Source: Candidatus Ozemobacteraceae bacterium
GTDB taxonomy: Bacteria > Muiribacteriota > Ozemobacteria > Ozemobacterales > Ozemobacteraceae
NCBI GenBank assembly: GCA_035388825.1
Contig: DAOOQQ010000013.1
Location: 14,492-78,491, forward strand
Reading direction: 5' to 3'
Length of the DNA: 64,000 nt
The position numbers were made by a program, and so were the translations under genes. Positions 53,102 through 61,762 of this stretch are shown here, one piece after another; position 1 is the first letter of the stretch, and every line of letters begins with the position of its first letter. The notes under the pieces were generated by a model that had not been told where the DNA came from, did not search any database, and saw only the letters and a program-made list of their open reading frames with translations.

Positions 53102-53968
53102 ATGTCGTTTCTGAAATCAATGTTGGTGCTTCTTCTGCCTCTTGCGCTGGTCATCGCCGGCGTGTGGCTGTACATGGAATCCTCCATGGCCCCGGAGAAC
53201 GCGGTCGTGAAACGTGACGCGAAGCGGCTCAGGGAAATCCTGGTCGACACCCCCGAGCGGGCATATTATAAAGACTACTACGGATACTCGCTCATGCATC
53301 TCGCGGCCTTGGAGGATTTTCCCGAAGGCATCGCCCTGCTTGCAGAAGCCGGAGTCAGCGTGAACGCCACGTATTCCCTAAGCGACGCCGAGATTGCAGC
53401 TCTCCAGGATCAGGCAACCTATGAGAATCATAGAGCCGACTATGTCGTGGATGCCTACCGTGAGACCGAAGGGATGACCCCCCTCCATCTGGCGGTCATA
53501 TATCACGCCAACCGGGCCGTGAAAGAGCTTCTGCGGCTCGGGGCCGACGCCAACGCCCTGACGCCCCGCAAGGAATCCCCGCTCTACTGGGCCGCGAAAA
53601 GCTGGAACGCCGATGCCGTCACGATGCTGGCCGCTTCCGGAGCGGATCCCCGCGCCCAGACGCAGATTGGCGGCTTTAGCCCGCTTCATGCCGTGTTCAA
53701 CGATTTTCCCGGGAACCCCTCTCTGGGCTTTGGAGAACACACCACGCAACGATTGCTGGTGCTGTATTACCCGTTGAACTCCGCCCCGGAAGAGTCCAGA
53801 TGGAAGGTCATCCAGGCCCTCCTCGAGGCCGGAGCCGACCCCAGACAGCCTGATCTCCGGGGACAAACCGCGATCGACCGGTGTCCCCCGGCAGAGCTCG
53901 ACGCGAATTTCCGCAAAACCGGCCCTGCCGAGCGGGATGAATCGATCTTACACAAGGAGAGGCGCTGA
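53102..53968 (+). CDS. ankyrin-repeat protein with N-terminal membrane anchor
   Basis: ANK consensus G(M/Y)(T/S)(P)LH(L)A (GYSLMHLAA, GMTPLHLAVIYHANRAVKELLRLGADANA, ESPLYWAA, FSPLHAV). Confidence 0.8.
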   Translation: MSFLKSMLVLLLPLALVIAGVWLYMESSMAPENAVVKRDAKRLREILVDTPERAYYKDYYGYSLMHLAALEDFPEGIALLAEAGVSVNATYSLSDAEIAALQDQATYENHRADYVVDAYRETEGMTPLHLAVIYHANRAVKELLRLGADANALTPRKESPLYWAAKSWNADAVTMLAASGADPRAQTQIGGFSPLHAVFNDFPGNPSLGFGEHTTQRLLVLYYPLNSAPEESRWKVIQALLEAGADPRQPDLRGQTAIDRCPPAELDANFRKTGPAERDESILHKERR

Positions 53969-53970
53969 TC

Positions 53971-54429
53971 ATGGGCCAGGCCATTCTGAATGCGGTGAAG
54001 GTCTTGTTTCTCTTCGTCCTGTTGGTCACCCTGCTCGCCGCGATGGGCGGGCCCACCTGGTTTCTCGGGGATGCGGCCATCCTGTACCGTTACACCGTCC
54101 AGAACCGCTCGGGCGAACCCGTGGTCTGCGCCGTGATCGGCTGGTTTCCCAGGGCGGGCACGGATACGGTTGCCTGGCAGCCGGCGCCGAACGTGAAGGG
54201 GCCCGGGTACGGCATCGCCCTGAACCCTTGGGAGAGCGCCGAAATCGCCCTGACCACCAGTGACTTTTCTGCCCTTCAGATCCTGGTGCGGGGCAGGAAC
54301 GCGACCGAAACCCGGACGACGGGCAAGCCTGTCGGATACGGAATCCCCCCGCTGTCGGAGTGCCCGCTCGCATCCGAGGCGCTTCTTCCCTGCTTCAACG
54401 GGTACACCGTGACCCTGCCTTACCGGTAG
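53971..54429 (+). CDS. hypothetical membrane-anchored or exported protein (152 aa)
   Basis: AAGGAGAGG RBS and a hydrophobic N-terminus. I recognised no motif. Confidence 0.5.
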   Translation: MGQAILNAVKVLFLFVLLVTLLAAMGGPTWFLGDAAILYRYTVQNRSGEPVVCAVIGWFPRAGTDTVAWQPAPNVKGPGYGIALNPWESAEIALTTSDFSALQILVRGRNATETRTTGKPVGYGIPPLSECPLASEALLPCFNGYTVTLPYR

Positions 54430-54603
54430 AGGTCAGCCAGGGCCGCTTGGGCTGAGCCATCCGGGCGCCAGCGGCCCGCTTCCTGCGTCGTGCACGCCGG
54501 GGCGGTTCATTTCCCCCGGGCCGGTTCCCGGATGTTCCGGAGGAGCCGGTCGCAGAACCGCTCGACGGTTTCCTTGTCGGTATCGCCGACGTATCCGACG
54601 AAA

Positions 54604-55539
54604 TCAATTGTGGGCGGGTTGCCGCAGACTCGAGACGTCGCGGAGCGGAGGGGCGCCGAACAGGCGGCTGTACTCGCGGCTGAACTGGGAGGGGCTTTCA
54701 TACCCGACGTGCAGGGCCGCCGTCGTCGCGTCGAACCGCTCCGTGAGCATAAGCCGCCGCGCCTCGTTCAGCCGCAGGTTTTTCTGGTACTGGAGCGGGC
54801 TCATCGCCGTCAGCGCCCGGAAATGGTGATGAAAGGCGGATTTGCTCATGCTGACCTGTGTCGCGAGATCGTCGATGCGCAGAGGCTGGTTGAAGTTCGC
54901 TCTCAGCCAGTGAATAGCTTGTGCTATTTGCCGGCTCAGGCTCCCTGCCATCGCCATCTCGCGTAGGCGCATCCCTTGCTCCCCGACGAGCAGGCGGTAG
55001 CAGATTTCGCGCTGGATGAGCGGTGCCAGGATCGGGATATCCTTCGGCTCGTCGAGCAGCTCGATCAGCCGCTGGAAGGCGGTCAGCAGGGGCAGGGTGA
55101 TTTCGCCGGTCGCCATGCCCCGGCTCGACTGACGCTGCTTCGGCAGGGGAAGGTTGCCGTCCACCATCATCTGGGAGATTTCCTTCAGATCGAGCTTCAG
55201 GGCGAGGCCCAGATACGGCTTTTCCCTGCTCGCCTCCAGGATCTGCACGATCCCCGGCAGATCGACGGATGTGATCAGATAATGTTTCTGATCATATATA
55301 TACGAGTCCTCTCCGAGCATGACGCGCTTGGCGCCCTGCGCGACGACGCAGATGCTCGGCTCATACATGCCGCCCGAAGGCTGTGTCGGCTCGTCATACC
55401 GGAAGATGGTCAGGCCCGGGATGGCTGTCTCGAGACGGTCCTGATTCTCGGTCCATCGTGCAATGCTGCTTTTGAGGCCAGTAAGAGGAATATCCAGGGG
55501 AGTGTGGCCGGGTGTATGGTTTTGATCATTCTTTTTCAT
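54604..55539 (-). CDS. AraC-family transcriptional regulator (AraC_N-type sensor + HTH)
   Basis: C-terminal double HTH (SKSAFHHHFRALTAMSPLQYQKNLRLNEARRLM...GYESPSQFSREYSRLFG). The ATG at 55539 is preceded by a GGAGG RBS. Confidence 0.85.
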   Translation of the reverse strand: MKKNDQNHTPGHTPLDIPLTGLKSSIARWTENQDRLETAIPGLTIFRYDEPTQPSGGMYEPSICVVAQGAKRVMLGEDSYIYDQKHYLITSVDLPGIVQILEASREKPYLGLALKLDLKEISQMMVDGNLPLPKQRQSSRGMATGEITLPLLTAFQRLIELLDEPKDIPILAPLIQREICYRLLVGEQGMRLREMAMAGSLSRQIAQAIHWLRANFNQPLRIDDLATQVSMSKSAFHHHFRALTAMSPLQYQKNLRLNEARRLMLTERFDATTAALHVGYESPSQFSREYSRLFGAPPLRDVSSLRQPAHN

Positions 55540-55673
55540 ATTTGCCTCCAGCCATATTCTAGCACGAAGGGGTGGGATGCAGACTCCGATCGTAGAATGT
55601 TCTGGACGATTAGGCAAAAATACGACAGCAATGGTCTACCCGGACCACCGCCCCGAGGATATCCTTTTCTCAG

Positions 55674-55703
55674 GAACGATGCGAACGATGCGAACGTTCG
55701 AAC
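55674..55703. promoter_or_regulatory. tandem direct repeats GAACGATGC-GAACGATGC-GAACGTTC-GAAC upstream of the Fe-ADH gene
   Basis: Read directly from the sequence. They lie 25-54 nt upstream of the ATG at 55728, in the AraC/ADH divergent region. Confidence 0.4.
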
Positions 55704-55727
55704 AGAAGATTTTCGAAGGAGGCCCCC

Positions 55728-56918
55728 ATGCAGTTCGAGTTTCAGAATCCCACCCGTCTCGTCTTCGGCGCCGGCGGACTTTCCCGCCTTGGTGAGCTGG
55801 TGCGCCCCTACGGGAGCCGGGCTCTGCTCGTGACCGGCGGCGGCAGCGTCAAAAAGAGCGGCGTGTTCGACCGGGCCGTCGCCAGCCTCAAGGCGGCCGG
55901 CGTCTCCGTGACCGAATGCTCCGGTATCGAGCCCAATCCCCGCATCTCGTCGGTGATCCGCGGCATGCTGGCCGCACGCGAGGCAAACTGCGACGTCGTT
56001 ATCGGCATGGGCGGTGGCAGCACGATGGATGCGTCCAAGGTGATTGCCTCGGCAGTCCTGTACGAGGGCGATCCCTGGGATATGATCTACCACGGCCAGG
56101 CGGACGTGCGCCCCCCGACGCGCGCCCTTCCCATCATCACCGTTCCGACGCTGGCGGCCACCGGTTCCGAGATGAACTGCGGCGCGGTCATCACCAACGA
56201 ACAGACGAAGGTGAAGTCGTTCGTTCAGACCGACTGCCTCTATCCGCGCCTCGCGCTGGTCGACCCCGAGCTGACGGTGAGCGTTCCGCGCAACCAGACG
56301 GCGTTCGGGGTCTGCGACCTGATCACCCACGTGACCGAGGGATACTTCAACGGCGTCGACGGCACGCCGCTCCAGGACCGCTTCGCCGAAAGTGTCATCC
56401 TCACCGCTCTGGAATGGGGCCCGAAAGCCGTGGCCGACGGCCGCGACCTCGAGGCGCGCGCCCAGGTCCAGTGGGCATCCGTGTTTGCGCTCAACGGCTG
56501 GGTCCAGGTCGGCACCGATGCCGGCTACCCGGTGCACATGATCGAGCACGTGCTCTCCGCCCACCACGACATCACGCACGGGGCCGGTCTGGCGGTGGTC
56601 AACCCGGCCTGGATGCGCTTTGCCGCACGTGCCCGGCCCGCCCGGTTCGTCCAGTTCGCGCAGCGGATCTTCGGTCTCACCCCGAAGCGGCCTGATGATC
56701 TCGACTGCGCCCTCGCGGGCATCGACCGGCTCGAGGAGTTCCTGCGCACCATCGGCTGCCCGACGCGGCTGTCGCAGGTCGGAATCGGCGATGCACTGCT
56801 TTCCCGGTATGCCCGGGATACGGTCCGCATCATTCACGACGAGAACGGCCGCCTTCCCGGCCGCCCGCCAATGACCGAATCCGAGATCGTCGACGTCCTT
56901 CGTTCGGCTCTGAAATGA
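55728..56918 (+). CDS. iron-containing (group III) alcohol dehydrogenase, butanol-dehydrogenase/YqhD-like
   Basis: Motif GMGGGSTMDASK and a His-rich metal site (HVLSAHHDITHGAG). GAAGGAGG RBS upstream. Confidence 0.9.
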   Translation: MQFEFQNPTRLVFGAGGLSRLGELVRPYGSRALLVTGGGSVKKSGVFDRAVASLKAAGVSVTECSGIEPNPRISSVIRGMLAAREANCDVVIGMGGGSTMDASKVIASAVLYEGDPWDMIYHGQADVRPPTRALPIITVPTLAATGSEMNCGAVITNEQTKVKSFVQTDCLYPRLALVDPELTVSVPRNQTAFGVCDLITHVTEGYFNGVDGTPLQDRFAESVILTALEWGPKAVADGRDLEARAQVQWASVFALNGWVQVGTDAGYPVHMIEHVLSAHHDITHGAGLAVVNPAWMRFAARARPARFVQFAQRIFGLTPKRPDDLDCALAGIDRLEEFLRTIGCPTRLSQVGIGDALLSRYARDTVRIIHDENGRLPGRPPMTESEIVDVLRSALK

Positions 56919-56978
56919 TACGTAAATAGTTATTGGTATATCTGATTTGGTGACGCCCGATACGAAAGGGAGATAGCG

Positions 56979-57542
56979 ATGAACCATGTTTTCGTCAGTC
57001 TGGCTGGGGTTGTGGCCGTTCTGTTGTGTGGACTTGCCCCGCTGAGTGCACAGCCCGCTTCGGGGCAGAAAAGGATGCTCGTGCTGTATTTCTCGAAAAC
57101 GGGAAACACGAAAAAGCTGGCTGCGGCTATCCAGAAGCAGACCGGCGCCGACATGGTCGAGATCGTTCCCGCCGTTGCGTATCCCGAGGATTACGATCAG
57201 ACCGTGGATATCGCGCGAAAAGAGCAGGACGCTGGCGCCCGCCCCGCCGCGAAGACCCGGGTTGAAAACATCGCTTCCTACGATGTGGTCTTCCTGGGTT
57301 ACCCGAGCTGGTGGGGAACGATGCCGATGGCCGTGTTCACCTTCCTCGAAGCCCACGATCTTTCCGGCAAGACACTCGTTCCCTTCACGACGCACGAGGG
57401 CAGCGGCTTCGGGCGGAGCGTCGCCGACCTCCGGCGCCTGTGCCCGAAATCGACCATCCTCGACGGTCTCGCCATCCGCGGGCGGGACGCGGATACCGCG
57501 GAAACCTCCGTGCCGGCCTGGCTGCAGGGACTGAAATTCTGA
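56979..57542 (+). CDS. flavodoxin-family protein with N-terminal signal peptide
   Basis: MNHVFVSLAGVVAVLLCGLAPLSAQPASG followed by LVLYFSKTGNTKKLA (the FMN phosphate loop). Confidence 0.8.
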   Translation: MNHVFVSLAGVVAVLLCGLAPLSAQPASGQKRMLVLYFSKTGNTKKLAAAIQKQTGADMVEIVPAVAYPEDYDQTVDIARKEQDAGARPAAKTRVENIASYDVVFLGYPSWWGTMPMAVFTFLEAHDLSGKTLVPFTTHEGSGFGRSVADLRRLCPKSTILDGLAIRGRDADTAETSVPAWLQGLKF

Positions 57543-57707
57543 CCTCTCCATTCCCGGCTGTGCCGGCGTGGAGGCTGCCCGAGGCGAGGGTTCTCAGGTG
57601 CCGATGTCTGCCCTGATTCCGTTGACTCTCTTTTTTGTAGCGGAATCTGTTCGATGAAATGCCAGTTAGTATAATATGAACAATATTAAATATTGGGAGA
57701 ACGAACC

Positions 57708-58757
57708 ATGAACGTAATCCGACGAGTGGGTGCCATCGCCCTCATGCTGGGAATGCTCTCCATTCTTGGCGTTCCTGCTTTGGCACAAGACATGGCCAAC
57801 GGAGCGAATAACTTTTACAAAAGTGAACGGGTGACCTTGCAGAAAGTCTCGTTCAAGAATCAATACCAGATGAAGGTCGTGGGGAATCTGTTCGTCCCCA
57901 AGGATGCCGGCGAAAACGCCAAAAGCCCGGCGATCATCGTGGGGCATCCGATGGGTGCGGTGAAAGAACAGAGCGCGAATCTGTATGCCCAGAAAATGGC
58001 CGAGCGCGGATTTGTGACCATGTCCCTGGATTTGTCCTTCTGGGGAGAAAGCGAGGGACAGCCGCGCAATGCCGTATCTCCGGATATATATGCCGAGGAC
58101 TTCAGTGCCGCGGTGGACTTCCTGGGTACCCGGCCGTTCGTCGACCGGAACCGGATCGGTGTCATCGGGATCTGCGGCAGCGGCTGTTTTGCCATCAGTG
58201 CCGCCAAGATAGACCCGCGCCTCAAAGCCGTCGCGACCGTCAGCATGTATGACATGGGGGCTGCCAATCGCCATGCACTGAGGCGCTCTCTGACCCTTGA
58301 ACAGAGAAAGAACATCATTGCCGAGGCGGCCGAACAGCGCTACGTGGAGTTCGCTGGCGGAGAAACGAAATACACCAGCGGCACGGAGCACGAGCTGACC
58401 GAGAAATCCCACCCCATTCAGCGTGAATTCTTCGACTTCTATCGCACCTCGCGAGGCGAGTTCACGCCAGAGGGCTCATCTCCGAAGCTGACGACCCATC
58501 CCACGCTGACCAGCAACGTCAAGTTCATGAATTTCTACCCCTTCAACGACATCGAGACGATCTCGCCGCGCCCCCTGCTGTTCATCGCCGGTGAAAAGGC
58601 GCATTCCATCGAGTTCAGCGAAGACGCATATCGGCTGGCGTCCGAGCCGAAGGAACTCTGCATCGTTCCGGGCGCCGGGCATGTGGATCTCTACGACCGG
58701 GTCGGCCTGATTCCCTGGGACAAGCTGACGTCGTTTTTCCGTGAGCATCTGAAATAG
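57708..58757 (+). CDS. alpha/beta hydrolase, exported
   Basis: Signal peptide and a nucleophile-elbow-like GICGSG motif. GGGAGA RBS upstream. Confidence 0.8.
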   Translation: MNVIRRVGAIALMLGMLSILGVPALAQDMANGANNFYKSERVTLQKVSFKNQYQMKVVGNLFVPKDAGENAKSPAIIVGHPMGAVKEQSANLYAQKMAERGFVTMSLDLSFWGESEGQPRNAVSPDIYAEDFSAAVDFLGTRPFVDRNRIGVIGICGSGCFAISAAKIDPRLKAVATVSMYDMGAANRHALRRSLTLEQRKNIIAEAAEQRYVEFAGGETKYTSGTEHELTEKSHPIQREFFDFYRTSRGEFTPEGSSPKLTTHPTLTSNVKFMNFYPFNDIETISPRPLLFIAGEKAHSIEFSEDAYRLASEPKELCIVPGAGHVDLYDRVGLIPWDKLTSFFREHLK

Positions 58758-58854
58758 GATGCGGTGTGAGAAAGCCGCTGCCCGGGCCATCCGGGAGCGA
58801 TGGTTGATGGCCCGGGCTGGCTGCCATGCCCGATGAGATAGGGAGGGATTCGAC

Positions 58855-60048
58855 GTGAACCGGTTTCTTGTCGCGGTCTATGCGTGTGTCGCAATGCTGG
58901 CCATGGCGGCCATATCGGAGGCGAAAACCATGCACCATCGTCTGAATGAAAAGCAGCGGGCAATCATTCCGATTGCCGCATTCACCGCAAATGGAGATCT
59001 GGCCAGGCTGAGAACGGCCCTGGTCGAGGGGCTCGATGCCGGACTGACCGTGAATGAAATCAAGGAACTCCTCGTCCAGCTGTACGCCTACGCGGGCTTT
59101 CCCCGGAGCCTGAACGGCCTCGACACGTTCATGGCCGTGATGGATGATCGGAAGCGGCGCGGCGTCGTCGATGAAACGGGCCGCGATGCAACTCCCCTTC
59201 CGGCCGATAGGAATAGTCTTGAATATGGTTCGGAAAACCAGGCGAAGCTGGTCGGCCAGGCCGTGAAGGGGCCGCTGTACGAGTTCGCCCCGGCCATCGA
59301 CCGGTTCCTGAAAGCCCACCTGTTCGGCGATATCTTCCAGCGTGATATTCTGAGCTGGCAGGACCGGGAGCTGGCAACCCTGGCTGCCCTGGCCAGCATC
59401 GAGGGTGTTGATCCCCAGCTGCAGGCCCATATTTCGATCGGTATACACAACGGCCTGACACCGGACCATCTTGGTGAGTTCATACTCATTTTGCGGGAAA
59501 AGACCGGACCGAAGGTCGCGGAACGTGCCGGCGTCGTTCTCAACCGGGCTCTCGGGTCCGGAACGCAGCGTGTGGCTCGTAAAAATCTGGCTGAAGATAC
59601 GGATAAAACGAAGAACGACACGGAAGACAAGATGAATCAGCAGAGCAACTATGCGGAAAACGGCGGGGGGTTTCCCCGAGGCCAGAAGAACGAGGCCTAT
59701 GCCAGGTATTTCACCGGCACCAGCTACCTGAACATGCTGTCGAAGGAACGGGTTGTCATCGGAAATGTGACCTTCGAACCCGGCTGCCGCAACTTTTGGC
59801 ATATTCACCACAAGGGCGGGCAGATCCTTCTCGTGACCGGCGGCCGTGGCTGGTATCAGGAATGGGGCAAACCCGCCCGGGGGCTGTCCGTCGGTGATGT
59901 CGTGAATATCCCCCCCGAGACCAGGCATTGGCACGGAGCCGCAATGGACAGCTTGTTCTCTCATGTGGCCGTGGAAGTCCCGGCGGATGGTGGTTCCACC
60001 GAATGGCTCGATCCCGTGTCTGACGAGGAATACAGCCGGTTGCCGTAG
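58855..60048 (+). CDS. carboxymuconolactone decarboxylase-family (two CMD-like halves) fused in frame to a C-terminal cupin domain
   Basis: GTG start after a GGGAGGG RBS, with a signal-like N-terminus. CMD-like blocks (VQLYAYAGFPRSLN, HLFGDIFQRD). The cupin block is FEPGCRNFWHIHHKGGQILLVTGGRGW...RHWHGA. An internal ATG at 59632 could give a separate cupin protein. Confidence 0.7.
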   Translation: MNRFLVAVYACVAMLAMAAISEAKTMHHRLNEKQRAIIPIAAFTANGDLARLRTALVEGLDAGLTVNEIKELLVQLYAYAGFPRSLNGLDTFMAVMDDRKRRGVVDETGRDATPLPADRNSLEYGSENQAKLVGQAVKGPLYEFAPAIDRFLKAHLFGDIFQRDILSWQDRELATLAALASIEGVDPQLQAHISIGIHNGLTPDHLGEFILILREKTGPKVAERAGVVLNRALGSGTQRVARKNLAEDTDKTKNDTEDKMNQQSNYAENGGGFPRGQKNEAYARYFTGTSYLNMLSKERVVIGNVTFEPGCRNFWHIHHKGGQILLVTGGRGWYQEWGKPARGLSVGDVVNIPPETRHWHGAAMDSLFSHVAVEVPADGGSTEWLDPVSDEEYSRLP

Positions 60049-60120
60049 TCGTTCCGCCGCACATGCGGAGGGAATGGCTGCCTGCCAACGGGCGAACCCG
60101 GACCGAAGAGGAGGCTTCTG

Positions 60121-60840
60121 GTGCGAAGAGCGGTGTTGTATCTCGTCATGCTCGCCCTGCTGATGACGGTTCTTGCGCGCCCGCTGACGGGGGACTGGGT
60201 TCATGAAGCGGCGGGGGTTCTCCTTCTGGCCATGCTGGCCGCGCACACGGTGGCGAAGAGGCGATGGTATCTGGCTCTCAGCAAGGGACCATGGAGTCTG
60301 AGGCGCGCAGCTTCCGCAGCGGTCAACCTGTCCCTCATTGCGGCGATGACGACGGTCCTGGTCACCGCCGTGCCGATTTCCCGGTTCGTATTCGGATTTC
60401 TCGCCATCGACAACGGGATGTGGGTTGCCCAGCTTCACATCGCGGCGGCTCTGTGGCTGTTCGTACTCGCCTCGGTGCATCTGGGCTTCCATTGGGAACC
60501 GGTGAAACGGGTTCTTCCGTTGCCGGCGGATGGAGCCGTGACGAGCGGCGGCCGCGTCGTAGGGTGCGGTCCGGCTGAATTGTGCCGTCCGGGTGTCGCC
60601 GGCCCACTTCCCGCCTCAATCAGATCGGGCCTGCTCATCCTGGCCTGCGGCTTCGGCGCGCGGGCTTGTTTCAACAGGAACATTGGCTCCAAGCTGATCA
60701 TGTACTACTCGTTCGACTTCTTTCGGGCCGGTGATTCCGTCGCAGGATTCATCATCGATTACCTGAACATGATGGTTCTTTTTGCATGCGTGGCGCATTG
60801 CGTGATCAACTCGATGCCGGCAAGACCATCTCGCGCTTGA
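60121..60840 (+). CDS. integral membrane protein (DUF4405/cytochrome-b-like, hypothetical)
   Basis: GTG start after a GAGGAGG RBS. Several TM helices carry conserved-looking His residues (HEAAG, AAHTV, QLHIAAA, SVHLGFHW). Confidence 0.6.
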   Translation: MRRAVLYLVMLALLMTVLARPLTGDWVHEAAGVLLLAMLAAHTVAKRRWYLALSKGPWSLRRAASAAVNLSLIAAMTTVLVTAVPISRFVFGFLAIDNGMWVAQLHIAAALWLFVLASVHLGFHWEPVKRVLPLPADGAVTSGGRVVGCGPAELCRPGVAGPLPASIRSGLLILACGFGARACFNRNIGSKLIMYYSFDFFRAGDSVAGFIIDYLNMMVLFACVAHCVINSMPARPSRA

Positions 60841-60970
60841 GAACTCTTCCAGCCGCTGAATTGCGGTGTCTGACGCAAGGCAGGTGAAGGACACCGTCGG
60901 CGTTTCTTGGACGATCGAGCAATAATCCGGCAGGAATGATCTATCTGGCCGGCTGCTCCGGGGATACTCT

Positions 60971-60996
60971 TATCAGAGGGACGCCCCCCTCTGATA
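60971..60996. repeat. perfect 10-bp inverted repeat TATCAGAGGG-acgccc-CCCTCTGATA
   Basis: Read directly from the sequence. It lies 28 nt upstream of the ATG at 61025. Confidence 0.6.
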
Positions 60997-61024
60997 TGGT
61001 TCTGACTCTGTGAAGGAGAAGAAT

Positions 61025-61714
61025 ATGAAACCATATATCATCTGCCACATGGTCTCGTCGGTGGACGGTAGGATCGATTGTGCCGCCCTCGACGGGATGA
61101 CGGGCGAGGATGATTACGAAGTCACCGGCTCAAAGCTGGAAGGGGACGCCTGGCTGTGCGGCCGGACCACGATGCAGTTGCATTTCGCGGAAGAGAAGCC
61201 GTTCGTGTCGGCGTCGAACAGGCCGGCAGGGCCTCACCCCGTGCATGTCGCCCGCCGGGCGGAATCATACGTCATCTCGGTCGATACCCTCGGAAAACTC
61301 CGCTGGCCGTCGGGCGAGATCGACGGAGCACATCTCATCTGCATCGTGAGCGAGCGGGCACCCGAAGACTACCTCGTCATGCTGCGCGACACGGGTATCT
61401 CCTATATCGTTTCGGGCAGCCCGGCGATCGATCTCGCGCGAGCGGCGGACCTCCTCGGGGAGCAGTTCGGAATCCGCCGGTTGTTGCTCGAGGGCGGTGG
61501 CCACATCAATGGCGCGTTCCTCGAGGCCGGCCTCGTCGATGAGGTGAGCCTGCTGCTCGCCCCGGCCGTCGACGGCCGGCATGGCATCCCCACCGTCTTC
61601 GACGGCATCGGTGCCGCGAAGAAGGCCGGATTTCCCCTCAAGCTGAAATCCGTCGAGCGGCTCGAAAGCGATGTGCTCTGGATCAGATATGACGTCGTCC
61701 GGCGAGCGGTCTGA
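61025..61714 (+). CDS. RibD C-terminal domain/dihydrofolate-reductase-like family protein
   Basis: Motifs SVDGRI and LLLEGGGHINGAFLEAGLVDEVSLLLAP. AAGGAG RBS upstream. Confidence 0.8.
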   Translation: MKPYIICHMVSSVDGRIDCAALDGMTGEDDYEVTGSKLEGDAWLCGRTTMQLHFAEEKPFVSASNRPAGPHPVHVARRAESYVISVDTLGKLRWPSGEIDGAHLICIVSERAPEDYLVMLRDTGISYIVSGSPAIDLARAADLLGEQFGIRRLLLEGGGHINGAFLEAGLVDEVSLLLAPAVDGRHGIPTVFDGIGAAKKAGFPLKLKSVERLESDVLWIRYDVVRRAV

Positions 61715-61762
61715 ACAACAGAAACGCGAACCTGTACAGATATATATTCAGGAGAATACAGA

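Noticed and set aside
57622-57675. TTGACT (57622..57627) and TATAAT (57670..57675) upstream of the alpha/beta hydrolase gene as one promoter.
   Set aside because: The two hexamers are 42 nt apart, and neither has a partner at 16-18 nt. The TATAAT alone may still act as a -10, but I could not support a full promoter call.
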